Shown piece after piece: positions 50,491 through 64,000 of a DNA stretch of 64,000 nucleotides. Position 1 is the stretch's first letter, and each line of letters opens with the position of its first letter. The stretch covers positions 24,616,001 through 24,680,000 of the forward strand of contig NC_086109.1 in the NCBI RefSeq assembly GCF_963921235.1. The letters are read 5' to 3'. This stretch comes from Mobula hypostoma. Taxonomy: Eukaryota. The notes under the pieces were generated by a model that did no database searches, was not told the origin of the DNA, and saw nothing but the letters and a program-made list of their open reading frames with translations. The translations under genes were made by a program, and so were the position numbers.

Positions 50491-51319
50491 GGTGGTGGGC
50501 GGGACATGCTAGGAGGTGGTGGGCGGGACACTATTTCCTTTAACAGTACCGAATTTTCCACTGTTTTCCCTTTAACAGTGCAAGGCTGTCTCTGTACTTT
50601 CCATCAATGGTGCAACACTCCATATGTACTGTCTCTTCAACAGCATGGTCACTTAATACCCATGGTGCAAAACTCCTTCACCACTGTCACACTGATAACA
50701 TTCCTTCAAAACAGTGTAGTATTCTCCTAGTACAGCCCTTTATACAGCACGGCTTCTTCGTCGGTGTTTCTCACACTGTGTGTTGCTTAGTATTGACCCT
50801 CACATGGCATAGAACTTATTCCTGTCCCCTCCACAATGTAATGCTCCTTCATTAATGTCCCTCTGGTGATGTAGTGCAGCAGCTATACCGTTCCCACTCA
50901 GAGCAACACAGCTTGGTATCTTACTGCTCAGCCCAAGTTTTGTTCTGTCCAGAAATGGGGAATGAACCTGTTACATACCGACTGACATGGAAGGGTAATT
51001 ACCTATTGAACCGAATAGTTGCTCTGCTTTAAGATGTTTATGTCTTTTCAAACCCCCTAACATCTTCCCATTACTTTATTGCTAAACAGAAGACCACCTA
51101 AACTAGAAATAAGATGCTTCAAATCCTACAGAGAAAAAAAGATGAGTCTTATTCATTTGCAGCAGAACCACACACAATAGAAGATTACTGAGCCTTGGAA
51201 TCTGTACATTAAGCACAGTTATACAGTCTAACATTTGACTTTGAACAAAGTCACTTTTGAAGTGTGAATGCATCCCATATCCCCCTGCTCTCCCCTCCCC
51301 CGCCTCTCATCTCAATTTT

Positions 51320-51870
51320 ATTTTTAATGCACTTTTCATCCGATCATACAAATCCCTGTTCGAATTATTACCAGAATCATTGCCTGGCCAGTTACTGTCA
51401 CACAGACAATGAGTCCACAGCTTAAGATCCCTCAAACAATAAGCCTCAAAGCTGCCACGCACCACAATTAAAGATCAGGAGCTTAGTGGCTGGATTCCGC
51501 TCCAAAGGAAATTTACTGCTATCAAATACACACTTTCTTTCTCTTTCTCTTTTTATATATGCTGGGTCTACTTCATTTGACTATGATTAATAAGGAAAGT
51601 GAATTGAGCTGATCAGATATTCCTGCATGTTAATTTCTTCAGCTCCCTTTGGCGTTTTTCGCAGCTCCTCCGGGACGACAGATAAAATGTCATCATAAAT
51701 AGCTGATTACTGACCCTGCTTTTAAATCACAATTTTGTTCCTTAACTGATGCACCCGGTGTCCTTGCTGGCAGCAGCCTTGGCTAGGAGTTACACTGTGC
51801 TGCTCAAAGCCCTGGCAAATGTGAAATTATGGGGAGCAAAATATCACTCTTACCATTAAACCCCAGCTTC
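51320..51870. promoter_or_regulatory. Candidate conserved non-coding element or enhancer
   Basis: TE-free; TGATTAAT (51584-51591), AACAAT, CAATTA, CATAAA and AGATAA motifs. Confidence 0.3.
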
Positions 51871-52684
51871 AGGTTATCAGATGGCCAAGGAGTAGGAGAC
51901 ATGTGCAAGTATCAGAGTGTGAAACAGACTAATAGTGAACCGGCTGCTCAATTCTGCCCTTTAATATCTGCTTCTCTTTTTATTATTAGCTTGTTACACT
52001 TTTCTAGTTTGGGTCAATTTTCTCCACTTTGTCTTCACTGATTTCTATCCCTTTGGCTTTCGTTCACTTTTCAATTTTGTCGTTTGATATCATGGTATCA
52101 AAACGGTAATGTTACGATAACATAGAGGGCGCCACATAGTGTAGAGGCTAGAACGCACTATTACAGCACAGGGCTGAGTTCAGAGTTCGATTCTGGCACC
52201 TTCTGTAAGGAGTTTGTATGTGCTCCTCATTGTTATGCTTTATAACCTAAAAACATTAAATTAATTCAAAGGAAGGTACAAGGAGTGGGAAACACAGGGG
52301 TAACTTTGTGCGAGGTGCACAAGTAAAATGTGGTAGCGTGATATGCAATTCATGTATTTATACGTTTAACCTGTAATAAATCATTTTAAAGCACAAGAAT
52401 GCAATATACAAGAAATTATTGCATGTCTCACCTTTTCATTCATTCACACATTTCAGACAACACTGCATTGATGACCTCACTTGCCCTATATTGTACACTG
52501 ACCAATTGCATTTAATCTGTTTTCTCTCAATGCCCGTCTTCTGCCACTGAAAATAATCTCAACTGCTTTGCCGCTTTATAATTTTGAACAACTCTGATAA
52601 ATACCCCAATAGCCTTCTCTGGCTTAAGTAGAATGATTGTAATTTGTCTAAAACCTCTTAGCTTTGGTAGTAGCCTGGTAAATA

Positions 52685-53390
52685 TTCAAAGTTCAAAGTT
52701 CAAAGTAAATTTATTACTGTATCAAGTACATATATGTCACCTTAAACAACCCTGAGATTCATTTTCTCACAGGCATACTCAATAACCATAATAGAATCAA
52801 TGAAAGATCACACCAACAGGACAACAACCAGTGTGCAAAAAACAAGAATCTGTCTTTGAGATGAAGAGTCTGTGAAAAGTAGCCCATAGGTTGTGGGAAC
52901 TGTTCAGTGATGGGGCAGGTAAAGTTAAATGAAGTTATTCCCTCTGGTTCAAGAGCCTGATGGTTGAGGTGTAATAAATGTTCCTGAACCTGGTTGGGGT
53001 GTGAGCCCTGACACTCTTATACCTGCTTCCTGATAGCAGCAGAGAGAAGAGAGCATGACCTGGGTCATTGGGGTCCCTTATGATGGATGCTGCTTTTTGT
53101 GACAATACTCCATGTAGATGCACTCAATGGTGGAGAGGGCTTTACCCTCTTGGACTGGGCTGTATCCACTAATTTTTGTAGGATTTTTGATTCAAGGGCA
53201 TTAGTGTTTCCATACCAGACTAGCCAGTCAATATAGTCTCCACCACACATCTAAAGAAATTTATTAGTTTTAGATGTCATGCAGAATCTTTGCAAATTTC
53301 TAAAGAAGTAGAAGCATTGCTGTGCTTTCTTCATAATTGTACTTATGTGTTGAGCTCAGGACAGGTCCTGTAAAAAGATAACACTGCTTT
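52685..53390 (-). mobile_element. Rex1/Babar-type LINE 3' fragment
   Basis: WYGNTNALESKILQKLVDTAQ; DPGHALFSLLLSGSRY; (tttgaac)n tail. Confidence 0.8.
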
Positions 53391-53526
53391 AGGAACAAGG
53401 CTTTAGTTTGCTGCCAGGAATTGGACACAATACACTAGTTCAGCTCGAACCAGTGTTTATAAAAACATAACATGACTTTTTGCCTGCACTATAAGCCTAA
53501 TCTACTATTCCTCCCACAAGCAAGTA

Positions 53527-54033
53527 CAGTCTGGGGCCACTTCATTAGAAACAGTGATGGAACCTGATGTGCTCTCCTGCTTCTCCATCCAATTCAAGGT
53601 TCAATGTGCTGCATGTTCAGAGATGATCTTCTGCTCACCACTGTTATAATGTTACTGTTGCCTTCCCATCATCTTGAACCAGTCTGGCCACTCTCTTCTG
53701 ACCTCTCTCATTTACAAGGCATTTTTCATCCACAGAACAGCCACTCACTAGATGTTTGTTTTTCTTTCTCACACCATTCTCTGCGAACTCTAGAGACTAT
53801 TGTGCATGAAAATCCCAGGAGATCAGCTGCTTCTGAGATAGTCAAACCACCCCATCTGGCACCAACAATCATTCCATAGTCAAAGTCACTTTGATCACAT
53901 TTCTTCCCCCATTCTGATGTTTGGTCTGAACAACAACTGAACCTCTTGACCACGTCTAGATGCTTCTATGCTTTGAGCTCCTAGCACTTGATTGGCTGAT
54001 TAGATATTTGCATTAAAGTAGCCTCTGTATGTA
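53527..54033 (-). mobile_element. Tc1-family non-autonomous element
   Basis: GKKCDQSDFDYGMIVGARWGGLTISEAADLLGFSCTIVSRV. Confidence 0.8.
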
Positions 54034-55154
54034 TGTACCTTTCCAAGATTCTCTGATCCTGTACTTCCTTTAAAATTGTACCATTTAATTTATATTACTC
54101 CTCATCAAATCTCCTCCCATGATAATAATATTTCTTTGGTGTTAAATACATCAGGCATGTGTTTGTTTATTTCACTAGTCTGCCAATGCCTCCTGAAATT
54201 AGCACTTGTGTTCTCCCTGATAATTATAATGTAGATTAGGGAGTTTGGTCCTGATGCTCCCCCATGCTTTATCTGAGATGTAAGCATAAATGTGGACATT
54301 TCTTTTTCTTCCCGTCTCCCCTTTGGCATTTTATTATTTGCTTGTTACCCTGACAACCTGACTGTGATTAGGAGCTTATTATGCATTCACATCACATTAT
54401 GCTTTTCCGATGCCCAATGCCCATAAACTGTGCAATAGTGTGTTCATTAATTCCCTTAATGTTCTCCCCTCTCTTCCCCGTGCCTGTCCTACCCACATCA
54501 CCTTAAACATCCTAATGGATTCCAAAAAGCAAGGAAACAGGTCCTACTGGTTTGCTGGGACTTTTCAGGATCTCAATTCCAATATACCCATTCTTACCAG
54601 AGACACCCTCACCAGGCACCATTCAAAACTGCGCAATCTCAGTAACCGATTGTCTGGTTTCCACAAAACTATGAGACTCTTTGCTGTTCAAGTACCTTAG
54701 CTGCCTGCCTAAACATGAAAGATAATGTGTGGAAATGGCTGGTCCACACCCATCCTGAATGTACTGGAAATGCGAGATTAAAATAAATCCTTGATTCTTT
54801 GATTTCCTTCCAAGCAAAACTGTTGCTCCTGGTACTTAACAGAAGAAATTCTAAATGATGCCAGATTTAACTCTTATGTTGTTTTTGCTGATCCCCAGTA
54901 GTGATATAGCCTCAGCAGTCCTGGAATAAGCAAGAGAACATTTGAGCCAAGATCCCTGCTTCTAATCATTGAGACATAGAACATGGCAACAGTCCCCTTG
55001 ACCCACCTAGTCCACACCAGTTATTTACACTCATTCTAAATTCATCCCATTCTTTATCCTGTTCATCCCGCCCCCAACATTCTCATTAATCCCCTCCAGA
55101 TTCTACCACTCATCTGTATGCTAAAGGTAATTCATAGCAGTCAATTGACATTCC

Positions 55155-55925
55155 AACCTCTCCCCCAATGGCAAAAAAACAATGGAGTTGATCTGGGAAT
55201 ACCAGAGGAACTGAGACAGGCTAGCCACTGTTGACATCAATGGGACTGTAGTTGAGAGGGTGAGTAGTTTGAAGTTCCTTGGTGTACAAGTCATTGAGGA
55301 TCTCACCTGGACTGTATGTACCGGCTGTGTGGTGGAAAAGCACAACAGTGCCTCTTTCACCTCAGACAGCTGAAGAAGTTTGGCACAAGTGCCCAAATCC
55401 TCAGGACTTTCTAGAGGGGCAGCATCGAGAGCATCCTGACTGGCTGTGTCACCGCCTGGCACAGGAACTGTACTGCCCTCAGTCGCAGGGCACTGCGGAG
55501 AGTGACGCGGACAGCCCAGTGCATCTGTAGACGTGAACTTTCCTCTATTCAGGACAGTTTCAGGACTATTCCGAAGCGTAAAAAGGGCCTGGAGCATCAT
55601 CAGGGACGCTAGCCATCCCAAACACAAACTGCTTCAGCTGCTTCCGTCTGGCAAATGGTACCGCCGCATTAAAACCACGATCAACGTGCTCCGGGACAGC
55701 TTCCTTCACCAGACCATCATATTTATCAACACATATTGATCGGATTACATATCTGTCTGTACATACTGTACATGTGTATTAAACAATTACATATACAATC
55801 TTAGTGATTGGACAATATCCTCCCACATTTCCCTTCCACATTGTAACAGAGATGCAACATAAAGATTTTTACTCCCTCATGTTGTGAGATTCTAACCTAA
55901 TTCTAATCTAATCTAATCTAATCAA
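55155..55925 (+). mobile_element. Rex1/Babar-type LINE 3' fragment with (ctaat)n tail
   Basis: VERVSSLKFLGV; IESILTGCVTAW; SHPKHKLLQLLPSGKWYR. Confidence 0.8.
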
Positions 55926-56152
55926 TGTGCCCATCTTTCAGATGTGGGAGGAAACTGGAGCACCCTGGCTAAATGTACAGGTAAACTCCACGCAAAGAGC
56001 ACTAGGGGCCAGGGTTGAACCAGGGTGACTGCAGGTATTTGACAGCAGCTTTGTTTGCTACATCAATGTACCCTAATGTCTAGACCCCGGATAGTGTTTT
56101 TTGCACTGTGCAAGTATGATTATATGTTTCTGTGTAACTTGCTGTGATTTGC

Positions 56153-56153
<1 letters not shown>

Positions 56154-56193
<40 letters not shown>
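56154..56193 (+). repeat. (TG)n microsatellite
   Basis: Direct observation. Confidence 0.95.
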
Positions 56194-56196
<3 letters not shown>

Positions 56197-56412
56197 AATG
56201 TGAGCCTTTACAGCAGCAGATGATTTTAAGGGTGAGTGGGTGAATGTCTGATGGTGAGAGTGTGTCACTGGGGAAGAACAGCGTGGGACTCTGTTGTGAA
56301 TGATATGGAACTCACACACTCCAGAACGAACCTAACAATAGGTCTATGACAACAACTCAAAATTTTCCAGAGAAAGGAGAAATAAAGCATTTGCTGTATT
56401 CAATGTAGACTG

Positions 56413-56655
56413 GAGCAGCATGGTAGTGTAGTGGTTAGTGAACACTATTACAGTGCAAGCTTCCTGGATTCATTTCTGCCGCTGTCTGTAAAGAGTTTAT
56501 AAAATCCTTTGTCTGCATGAGTTTCCTCCAGGTGCTCTGGTTTCCTCCCACATTTCAGCGATGTAAGGTTAGTAGGTAAATTAGTCACATGGGTGTAATT
56601 GGCTGGCGTGGGTTCATTGACCACAAGGGCCTGTTACTGTGCTGTATCTCTAAAT
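56413..56655 (+). mobile_element. V-SINE-like SINE
   Basis: tggtagtgtagtggttagtg..gtttcctccaggtgctctggtttcctcccacat. Confidence 0.8.
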
Positions 56656-57294
56656 AATTTTTTAAAAATCTTATTTTAGTGCTGTATGCAGGCATTGTTC
56701 TTAATAGCTAGGAAGTGAGACTACTTAGAGATTTTTTCCCTCTGTGCTGGAAATGGATGCTGGGCACATGCAGATAGATTTTATTACCTGGGGTCCAATT
56801 AACAAAAGGGAAGACCTGATTGTGAAAAGTGTCATCATTCCAGAAACCCATGGATAGGCCTTCCTATTTAAAGTAAACACGGAGATAATACAGTGTGTGA
56901 TGACGGTGGCAATTGTCCCTGCTCTGAACTCCACCCTATGGTTCTAATACCAAAAAATAAACTTAGAATATGCTCCACACCTTATAGAAAATTCATTTGA
57001 AGTTTTCAATGCCTGAGATTCAAGTTCAACAAGATACATGGCTAAATAATTTAAGAAAACAATTAACAGTGTCATTAGGGATTGCCCAAATTATTAACAA
57101 TTTTCCAACATCAATGGTAAGATAAATGAAGAACACCATCAAAGGGCAATGTGAAAAAAAGAACTTGCATTTCCATAACACATCTCAAAACATCCCAAAG
57201 CGCTTTACAGTCAATGCCTGATGTGTACTCACTGCTGAAATGTGAAATGATTTTGCTCACAGATTATTCTCAAACACAGTCGTAAGAAATAATC

Positions 57295-58980
57295 AGACGA
57301 TCACAGTGAGCATCTTTCAGGAGGCTGATCCCAACCCAGACTGGATATCTGGCCAGATACTAAAGACCTGTGCGGATCCACTGGCTGGAGCATTCACTGA
57401 GGTCTTTAACCTCTCGCTTCAGCAGTCTGAGGTACCCAACTGCTTCAAGCAGGCTTTGCTTCTACCATGGTAATCTGCCCCAATGACTATTGTCCAGTAG
57501 CACTTATATCCACAGTGATGAAGTGTTTTGAGAGGTTAGTGATGAAACATATCAATTCCTGCCTATGCAGTGCCTTGGATCCGCTCCAATTTGCCTACCA
57601 GTGGAACAGGTCCACAGTAGATGCCGTCTCATTAGCTCTTCACTCATCCCTGAAATATTTGGAGAGCAGATGCTTACATTAGGATGCTCTTTACTGACTA
57701 TGTTTCATCTCCTTAAAACTAATCACTAAGCTTTAAGACTTTGGCCTTAATGCTTCCTTGTGCAATTGGATCCTCGATTCCCTCACTTGTAGACCCAGTC
57801 AGTTCAATAGACAATAGTTGCAAGAGTAGGCCATTCGGCTCTTTGAGCCAGCACCACCATTCACTGTGATCATGGCTGATCATCCACAATCAGTTCCTGC
57901 CTTCTCCCCATATCCATTGACTCCACTATCTTTAAGAGCTCTATCTAACTCTTTCTTGAAAGAATCCAGAGAATTGGCCTCCACTGCCTTCTGAGGCAGA
58001 GCATTCCACAGATCCACAACCCTCTGTGTGAAAAAGTTTTTCCTCAACTCCGTTCTAAATGGTCTACCCCTTATTCTTAAACTGTGGCCTCTGGTTCTGG
58101 ACTCCCCCAACATTCAGATTGGCAACAGCTCTTTTACAACCTCCATCAGCACAGGTAGGTACACCATAAGGCTATGTGCTTAGTCCCCTGTTCTACTCAA
58201 TTTACACCTATGACTGTGTGACTAAGCACAGCTCCAATGTCATTTTCCAAGTTTGCTGACAACAGCACCATCGTTGGCCAAATCAAAGGTGGTAATAAAT
58301 CAGCGTACAAGAGGGAGGTTGAAAATCGGACTTGGTATTGCCACAATCATAACCTCTTACTCAATGTCAGCAAGACAAAGGAGCTGATTATTGCCTTCAG
58401 AAGGAGGAAATCAAAGGTCCATGAGACAGTCCTCATTGGAGAATCAGAGGTGGAAAGGGCCAGTGACTTTCAATGCCTCGGTGTTATAATTTCAGAAGAC
58501 CTGTCCTGGACCAGCACGGAAGTGCAATTATAAAGAATCACGGTAGCACCTCTATTTCCTTAGGAGCTTCCAAAGATTCAGCATGACACCTGAAACTTTG
58601 ACAAACTTCTAAAGATGTGTGGTGGAGAGTATATTGACTGGCTACCTCACAGCCTGCTATGGAAATACCAGTGCCCTTGAATGGAAAATTCTGCAAAGGT
58701 AGTGGATACAGCCCAGTCACTTTCAAGGACTCTCCATCTCTTGTTCTCAATATTTATTGCTTATTTACTTATTATTATTATTTCTTACTTTTTGTATCTG
58801 CACAGCTTGTTGTCTTTAGCACACTGGTTGAATGCCCAGTTGGTGTGGTCTTTCATTGATTTTATTATGATTATTATTCTATTATGGATTTATTGAGAAT
58901 GTCTGCAAGAAAGTGAATGTCAGGGTTTTAAATGGAGACATATATGTACTTTGATAATAAATTTACTTTGAACTTTGAAC
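57295..58980 (+). mobile_element. Rex1/Babar-type LINE with a CR1 3' fragment inserted at ~57806-58112 (-)
   Basis: [39 protein letters not shown]; tail gataataaatttactttgaactttgaac; insert TRGHSLRIRGRPFRTELRKNFFTQRVV. Confidence 0.85.
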
Positions 58981-59136
58981 TCTCATTTTTGGATATACAT
59001 TGACACACAGCACTACTAAGAATTTCCTTGCCTGATTATGTAAAGCACCACGACTGTTCGAGAGGGCAAGTTTAGTCCACATTGACACCCCCTAAAAGAC
59101 AGCACTTTCTTAGCTCCATTAAAAGCTCTTACACTT

Positions 59137-60160
59137 CAGAATCAGAATCAGGTATAAGGTTTAATATCACCGGCAAATGCTGCAAAATTTGTAGATTTTG
59201 TGGCAGCAGTACAATTCAGTACAGCATAATAGAGAAAAAGACTATGAATTACAGTGTACACACACTCACACCTGGGTGATGGGAGTCCTTAATGTTGGAC
59301 ACTGCCTTTTTGAGGAATTGCTTCTTAAAGATGTCTTGGATTCTGTGGAAGCTAGCCAAGCTTACTCTGCTGCTTTCTTCGATCTTGGGCAATGGCTCCA
59401 ACTCCCCATACCAGCCAGTCAGAATGCTCTCCACAGTACATCTGTAGAAACTTTTGAGTGTTTTTGGAGACATATCAAATCTTCTCAAACTCCTAAGAGA
59501 AATATAGCCACTGTTGTCCCTTCATTGTAGCTGCATCAATATGTTGTGTCCAGGCTAAATCCTAAGAGATATTGACTCCCAGGAATTTGAAATTACTCAG
59601 TCTTTCCACTTCTGATCCTCCTGTAAGAATTGGTGTATGTTCCTTCGTCTTATCCTTTCTGAAGTACACAATCAATTCTTTGGTTTTACTGACGTTGACT
59701 GCAAGGTAGTTGCTACAACACCACTCAACTAGCTGATATATCTCACTTCTATATATCCTCTTGTCATCATCTGAAATTCTACCAGCAATGGTTGTACCAT
59801 CAGCAAATTTATAGATTGAGATGTGCCTAGCCACACAGTCGTGGGTGTAGAGCAAGTAGAGAATTGGGCTAAGCACATATGCCTGAGGTACCCTAATGTT
59901 GATTGCCAGCAAGGTGGAGGTGTTGTTTCCAATCCTCACAGATTGTGATCTACATGTTAGGAAGTTGAGGATTCAATTGCAGAAGGAGGTACAGAGGCCC
60001 AGGTTCTGGAGCTTTTCTTTCAGAATTGTAGAAATGCTTGTGTTAAATGCTGAGCTGTAGTCAATAAGCAGCATCCTGACATAGGTATTTGTATTGTCCA
60101 GGTGATCCAAGGCTGCGTGAAGAGCCAATGAGATGGCGTCCACTGTAGATCTATTGTGCA
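59137..60160 (-). mobile_element. Rex1/Babar-type LINE fragment
   Basis: [39 protein letters not shown]; (tctgat)n tail. Confidence 0.85.
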
Positions 60161-60536
60161 AACTGTGCAGTTTGTCTGAAACCCATGAGACAGGCATGTT
60201 TCTCACAGAGCTGGAAACAATTCTGTTCATTCAGTCAATGTGGCAAACAGTTCGAGCCAATGACAAACTAAGAGGGTTAAATATGCACATTTTAGGGAAA
60301 GAGAGCGGAATGCTTCAAGGCTATGGAAGGTCTGAAGAACACACATCTGGCAGAGGTTTGGCAACAAATTTGGTCATTTTAGAACAGTCTAATTAGAAGG
60401 GTAAACAAATATTCTATATATGTGTGTAGAGAATACTGAATATTTTTAAGAAAAAAAGTTAACAATGCACTACAATTGTGTCCTAAATTAAATAAGTGTG
60501 CTATGGTGACTGCAGCCATGAATAAGGATTCAACTA

Positions 60537-61069
60537 CACTCAGTGGCCACTTTATTAGGTACACCTCGACACCAGCTCGTTATATTGCAAATATCTAATC
60601 AGCTAATCATGTGGCAGCAACAAAATGCATAAAAGCATGCAGACAAGGTCAAGAGGTTCAGTTGTTTTTCAGACCAAAGATCAGAATGGCGAAGAAATGT
60701 GATCTAGTGGCTTTGACTGTCGAATGGACAGAATGGCGCCAGACGAGATAGTTTGAGTATTTCTGATACTGAAGGATCTCGTGGGATTTTCACACAGATG
60801 GTCTCTAGAGTTTACAGAGAGTGGTGCAAAAACCAAAAAACATCCAGTTAGTGGACATGCTGTGTTAATGAGAGAGGTCAGAGGAGAATGGTCAGACTGG
60901 TTCAAGCTGACAGGAAGGTGACTGCAACTCAAATAACCACACATTAAAACAGAGGTGCACAGAAGAGCACTTCTGAATGCACGACATATTGAATCTTGAA
61001 GTGGATGGGCCATAACAGCAGAAGACAACAAATATACACAGTGGCCACTTTATTAGGTACAGGAGGTAC
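60537..61069 (+). mobile_element. Tc1-family non-autonomous element
   Basis: TA-cactcagtggccactttattaggtacac; collinear with 23670-24205; second TIR-like copy in direct orientation at ~61035-61060. Confidence 0.8.
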
Positions 61070-63659
61070 ATGTTTTAATAGAAGCTAATGCTGCTCTTCT
61101 CTGAGGCATATGGATCTACAAGGCAGAAATTCTTGGTATATTAGCACAGAAAAGTCACCTTTTCTATTCTTTGACATAATCATGGGATAAATGGACATAA
61201 TGAGAATGATGATGCATTTTTTTCTAAAATTCCCATGAGTCAGAGGAACCTCCAGCAATTCCCTATTCCTTTTGAGGAAGAGCAGGGGAGTCCTCCATGA
61301 CATTCTGGCCCACGGGCTAAATCATCTGAACCACCAACTAGTAGTAACAGCTGAGACATTATAGTTAGAATGTGGTGCGTTTGGCTGAGAGGTTTAATGG
61401 TTGTTGAGTCAGTCATATTCCAATTGCTCTGTCACCAGCATGTCACTGGCAGCTGGAATCTTTCAGTCTTTCCATCAGCAGGAAGCCCCCATCAATTAGT
61501 CGTATGTTGAGACTCCGGCACAACTGAATAGCTGAGTAGTAGAAACCCTTCTGGCTCAGTGAGACTCTGATCACCCTGATCAATCTCAACTCTGTATCAG
61601 TTTGGGATTCAGGTTAGGAATGGTGGGTGCCAGTGAACTTTATTAATATTGTATGTCCAAAACATCAGCCACAAACAATTAACCAAAGTGTGCTTTTATT
61701 TTGAGATATTTTTGTTTTTGCTTCTTCTCAGATGATTGCTAATGATGCTGTTTCCCAATTATGTCTTTTCTTGGGATAGGAGGTGTGTCAAACCTCTCCC
61801 TACAGAGAAAATGAACACAGCTAAGAAACATTGTTATGAATCTCCACGTCAGTCATCTACAAAACGAAAGAAGAAATTTCAGCAGCAAACGCAAGTCGCG
61901 TCACTTCCCCGTGCAATAACACCAGTTGGATCACGGTAAGCTTGAGACATTTGTAGCCACAAGACACATGTCGGGTGGACTGATGGTGAATTGGAATCCT
62001 GTTTGGTACTCATCCATCAACAAACATCATTGGAGTAGGTTCTCTGACCATTAACACGTTCATATTTGTGAGACTTTTTTGGACACAAATCTGTTGCTTG
62101 TCCAAAAGGCACCCAAGAAAAACCTGTCAACTCAATGGTCACAGGGCCTTTTACCATGCTGCAGGAATCAATGATCTCCTATCTTTCCAACCTGCGGTGA
62201 TTCCAGTCTCCATGTTCCCTTTATCTCATGCTCTCATTATTAACATTCATCCCTCATCTTCATCCAGAGTATGAATCTCTAATTAATGCAGGGCACAGAC
62301 TCTTGTTACCTCTTTGGGTAGTTCTTCCCCATCCTTAGCGGTTGTTGGGCAGGGCTCAGCTGGTCATTCTTGTTGATTTGTTGAGCTTTACACCTCATTT
62401 TTACACCTCATTCATTGAACTCTCCTTCACAGCTGAAGGGCGTGACTGTCATGCTGCAATCTGCAAGGCCTAATCTGGTATTCAGTATTCTAGTTCTCAA
62501 TTTCATTCTATTGGCTCAACTATGATAAAAAAAAAGTAGCTGCCTCATGTACGCTGATTTTAAAATTAAAAACAGGGTCAGAAAATAAATTGGAATCAAA
62601 TCCCAGATATAGGGTTTCAACCAGTACACTGACAATTCCTCTTTTCCCACCAATGCTGCTTGAACCATTGTATTCCTATAGCAGATTATTAGTTGCGTTG
62701 GAATCAAATACCTGGTTACGACTCATGGCATATTCTAAATAAACAGTTCAGTTTGCCTCCCTATTTTAATGCTGAACTATGAGTTTAATTGATTCTTAAT
62801 CTCTCACAATATGTTTTAGTAATGGCTATTAGCACTGATAATGAGCTAAAGACCAGCAGTAAATAAGTGATGTATATTTTTCTTGTGCTGGTATATATTA
62901 CAATAGTATTAGTATGCTTCAACATCACTAAATATCTTCCACTGTCAGTGAGACTTTGAAAATTACCAACAGGTGGAACTTCAGATATTTGTCATTCTGT
63001 CCACCAAATGTTAATCATATTCATCTAAATTTTGGTGTAGTTACGGGGAACCATGATAGTTCTGCATTCCTCTCTACTATTCAGCTCAAAAAAGTATTCT
63101 TAAGGTTGTAGGGAGCACAAGTTGTTAATTAGCTGATGAGGATAAGGGACTATCAGTCCTTAACATGTCAGAAATAATAGAGGAACAAGGCTGAAAGGGA
63201 GGAACAGATCAAATTAGGTGTTGAAAGAGAAACAAGGTGACAGAAAGAGATAACAAAAGAAACAGAAAGGAAAAGTAATACACTAATCTTTAACCATGAA
63301 ATCTAACATTTTGTTATCACCAGCTGCAGTTTGTAGCTTGTTTCTAATTGTTCCTATTTTTTTCAACAGTGATTGATATGTTTATCATGCTGATGATTAC
63401 CCAAGTGAGCTTATTACGCCATTGATTGAAGAATTTCGGTGATACATGGTGGCAAAAGGTAAAATGCTGTTTTTAAGGATCTAAGTTGTCAAGTAACTTG
63501 TGCTGATTTAGAATTCATGAGGAATCTCTTCTTCTGACACAAGCTGCTGGCCAAATCATCCATTAGTTATGCACTATTTCCATATTATCCTATTGGCAGC
63601 AACTTTTAGAGCCCACTACATTCAAGTTTGTGAAAAAGATCAATATTTGTAAATTTAGA

Positions 63660-63910
63660 AATCAGCGCGGAACAGGCCTAACGAGACTCGCCGCCCAGCA
63701 AACCCACACGGGTCTAATCACAGGACAATTTACAATGATCAATTAACCTACTAACTGGTACATCTTTGGACTGTGGAAGGAAATTGGAGCATCTGGAGGA
63801 AATCCTCACAGTCAAAGTGAGGATATACAAACTCCTTATAGAGGGCGGCAGAAATCCAATGCCCTGAGCTGTAATAGCATCACATTAACCACTACACTAC
63901 TGTGTCACCC
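63660..63910 (-). mobile_element. V-SINE-like SINE
   Basis: tctttggactgtggaaggaaattggagcatctggaggaaat..tacaaactcctta. Confidence 0.75.
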
Positions 63911-64000
63911 TACGATATGGTGCAGAAGATGTGGTTTGCACTCATAATTTCCACCCTTATCCTGAGCATACTAATCTAGAATATTAGCAGCAGGAGTGGT

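Noticed and set aside
50489..50530. Tandem gaggtggtgggcgggaca duplication
   Set aside because: Short local duplication at a TE end; only two units, not an array
1..64000. CRISPR arrays, operons, rRNA genes
   Set aside because: Eukaryotic TE-rich DNA; no regularly spaced repeat-spacer arrays or rRNA-like sequence seen

Overview
Vertebrate, repeat-rich DNA with no host protein-coding gene that I can identify. V-SINE, CR1, Rex1/Babar and Penelope content suggests a cartilaginous fish, probably a ray (inference). The main feature is a young Penelope-like retroelement (PLE) at 26399-30876. It has an uninterrupted RT + GIY-YIG frame, ~1.4 kb inverted arms, a minimal hammerhead ribozyme in each arm and a perfect 16-bp target-site duplication (TSD). 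It is inserted in a ~700-bp non-autonomous element whose empty-site copy lies at 45841-46515. Several more PLE 3' ends carry the same hammerhead, and several have 11-16 bp TSDs. A decayed Ty3/Gypsy element (11321-~21340) holds a PLE in its 5' LTR. It also holds a near full-length HERO-like RLE retrotransposon in an unusual A-B-element-B-A arrangement, with ~450-bp duplicated flanks and ~290-bp terminal direct repeats. Other content: a near full-length CR1, many Rex1/Babar and RTE fragments, a Harbinger deletion derivative, Tc1 remnants, SINEs, two TE-free islands that look like conserved non-coding elements, and a few weak exon candidates. Family names come from motif recognition, not database searches. 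Boundaries of old repeats are approximate.
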